64,000 nt of DNA from Octopus sinensis (taxonomy: Eukaryota): positions 168,082,001 to 168,146,000 of the forward strand of contig NC_042998.1 in the NCBI RefSeq assembly GCF_006345805.1, in the 5' to 3' direction. Shown one piece after another: positions 63,016 through 64,000 of this stretch. Numbering within the stretch: the stretch's first letter is position 1; each line of letters begins with the position of its first letter. Position numbers and translations under genes: made by a program. Below the pieces are notes generated by a model that did no database searches, had not been told where the DNA came from, and worked only from the letters and a program-made list of their open reading frames with translations.

Positions 63016-64000
63016 ATATATATAATATATATATATATGTATATTATATATATATATAGTAATATATATATATATAATATGTTATATATATATATTATAT
63101 ATATAATACACAAGTTAAAATAATGGTCATTACATATAATTCTCGATATGTATTCAGTTTATCTGGAGCCCATCCACTGATTTACAATAAACAATGGTGA
63201 TGAACCATAACTCTGGACCTACCAAAATAATTTGGAGTTCTTATCTAAACCAGGTAATATTAGCCTGGTGTGCCAACATAGAGCTTATGAAGTATTTTGC
63301 CCGTTGATAATCCCTCACTATTTGTTATATATATATATATATATAATATATATATATATATAATACATATGTGTTTGTATGTGTGTGTGTGTTGGGTGTG
63401 TGTGTGTGTGTGTGTGTGTTGTTCAGCGTACATGTACCGGTTTGAAAACCTGGCTAAACTATATTTTAAAAGATTTTAAAAGATGCACTATTGAATTTTT
63501 CCAGTTTACGAATCTTATTCTTTTTCTCTTGATATTTCCTTACTTCTTGTATCTTTATTTCTCTCTTTCTTGCTTTATTGTGCTTCTGAAACTCTACAAA
63601 CACGGTGACTTTTTAGTTTAAATTCATACATTCGTCTTTGTTTTCTGATGTCAGTCCATACAGTCCGTCGATCCTGTTAGCACCGTCTGACATCTGCTTC
63701 ATAACCATGACCAACAGATGTCCCATATATATATATATATATATATATATAAGCAATTAAGGACAACTACTTAATAAGGAAAACTTAACAAGAAATTGTC
63801 AGGTAGATAGCGTGAAAACCTCATAAGAGAAAAAATTTCGAAAATAATTATTTCCTATTGAACATATTAATTTATATATAGAGGGCATTATACATCCATG
63901 CCAGATGGCATTATACATACATGCCACACGCTAAGAGGGACATTTAGTCATTTCTACCAAAAATATTACTAATCCCATTCGGTGGGATTAGTATAATATT

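Overview
AT-rich, repeat-dominated eukaryotic DNA, almost certainly from an octopus or close coleoid cephalopod. This is inferred from several tRNA-headed SINE families of the octopus type, (TA)/(TG)/(TATG)/(GATA) microsatellites, and typical mariner and MITE content. No host protein-coding gene can be confidently called. Most ORFs in the supplied track are microsatellite read-throughs, and the only recognisable proteins are TE relics: three DD34D-type mariner transposases plus a mariner 5' fragment, one DD37D (maT) transposase, and RTE, CR1-like and R4/Dong-like LINE pieces. Well-delimited non-autonomous elements include a piggyBac-like TTAA MITE, two Helitrons, a Tc2-like MITE, a Merlin-like MITE with an 8-bp TSD and a 232-bp palindrome. 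A 100-N scaffold gap sits at 31973-32072. The most interesting signals are: (i) minimal hammerhead-ribozyme-like cores in Penelope-type remnants, (ii) a mariner derivative built from two inverted 5' ends joined at a microhomology, (iii) several long hairpins, (iv) a few unexplained coding-like frames (474-656, 4936-5034, 23898-24092), and (v) head/tail-shuffled SINEs. No prokaryote-type system (CRISPR, operon) is present. Family names come from motif recognition only, not database searches, and SINE boundaries are approximate unless a TSD is quoted.
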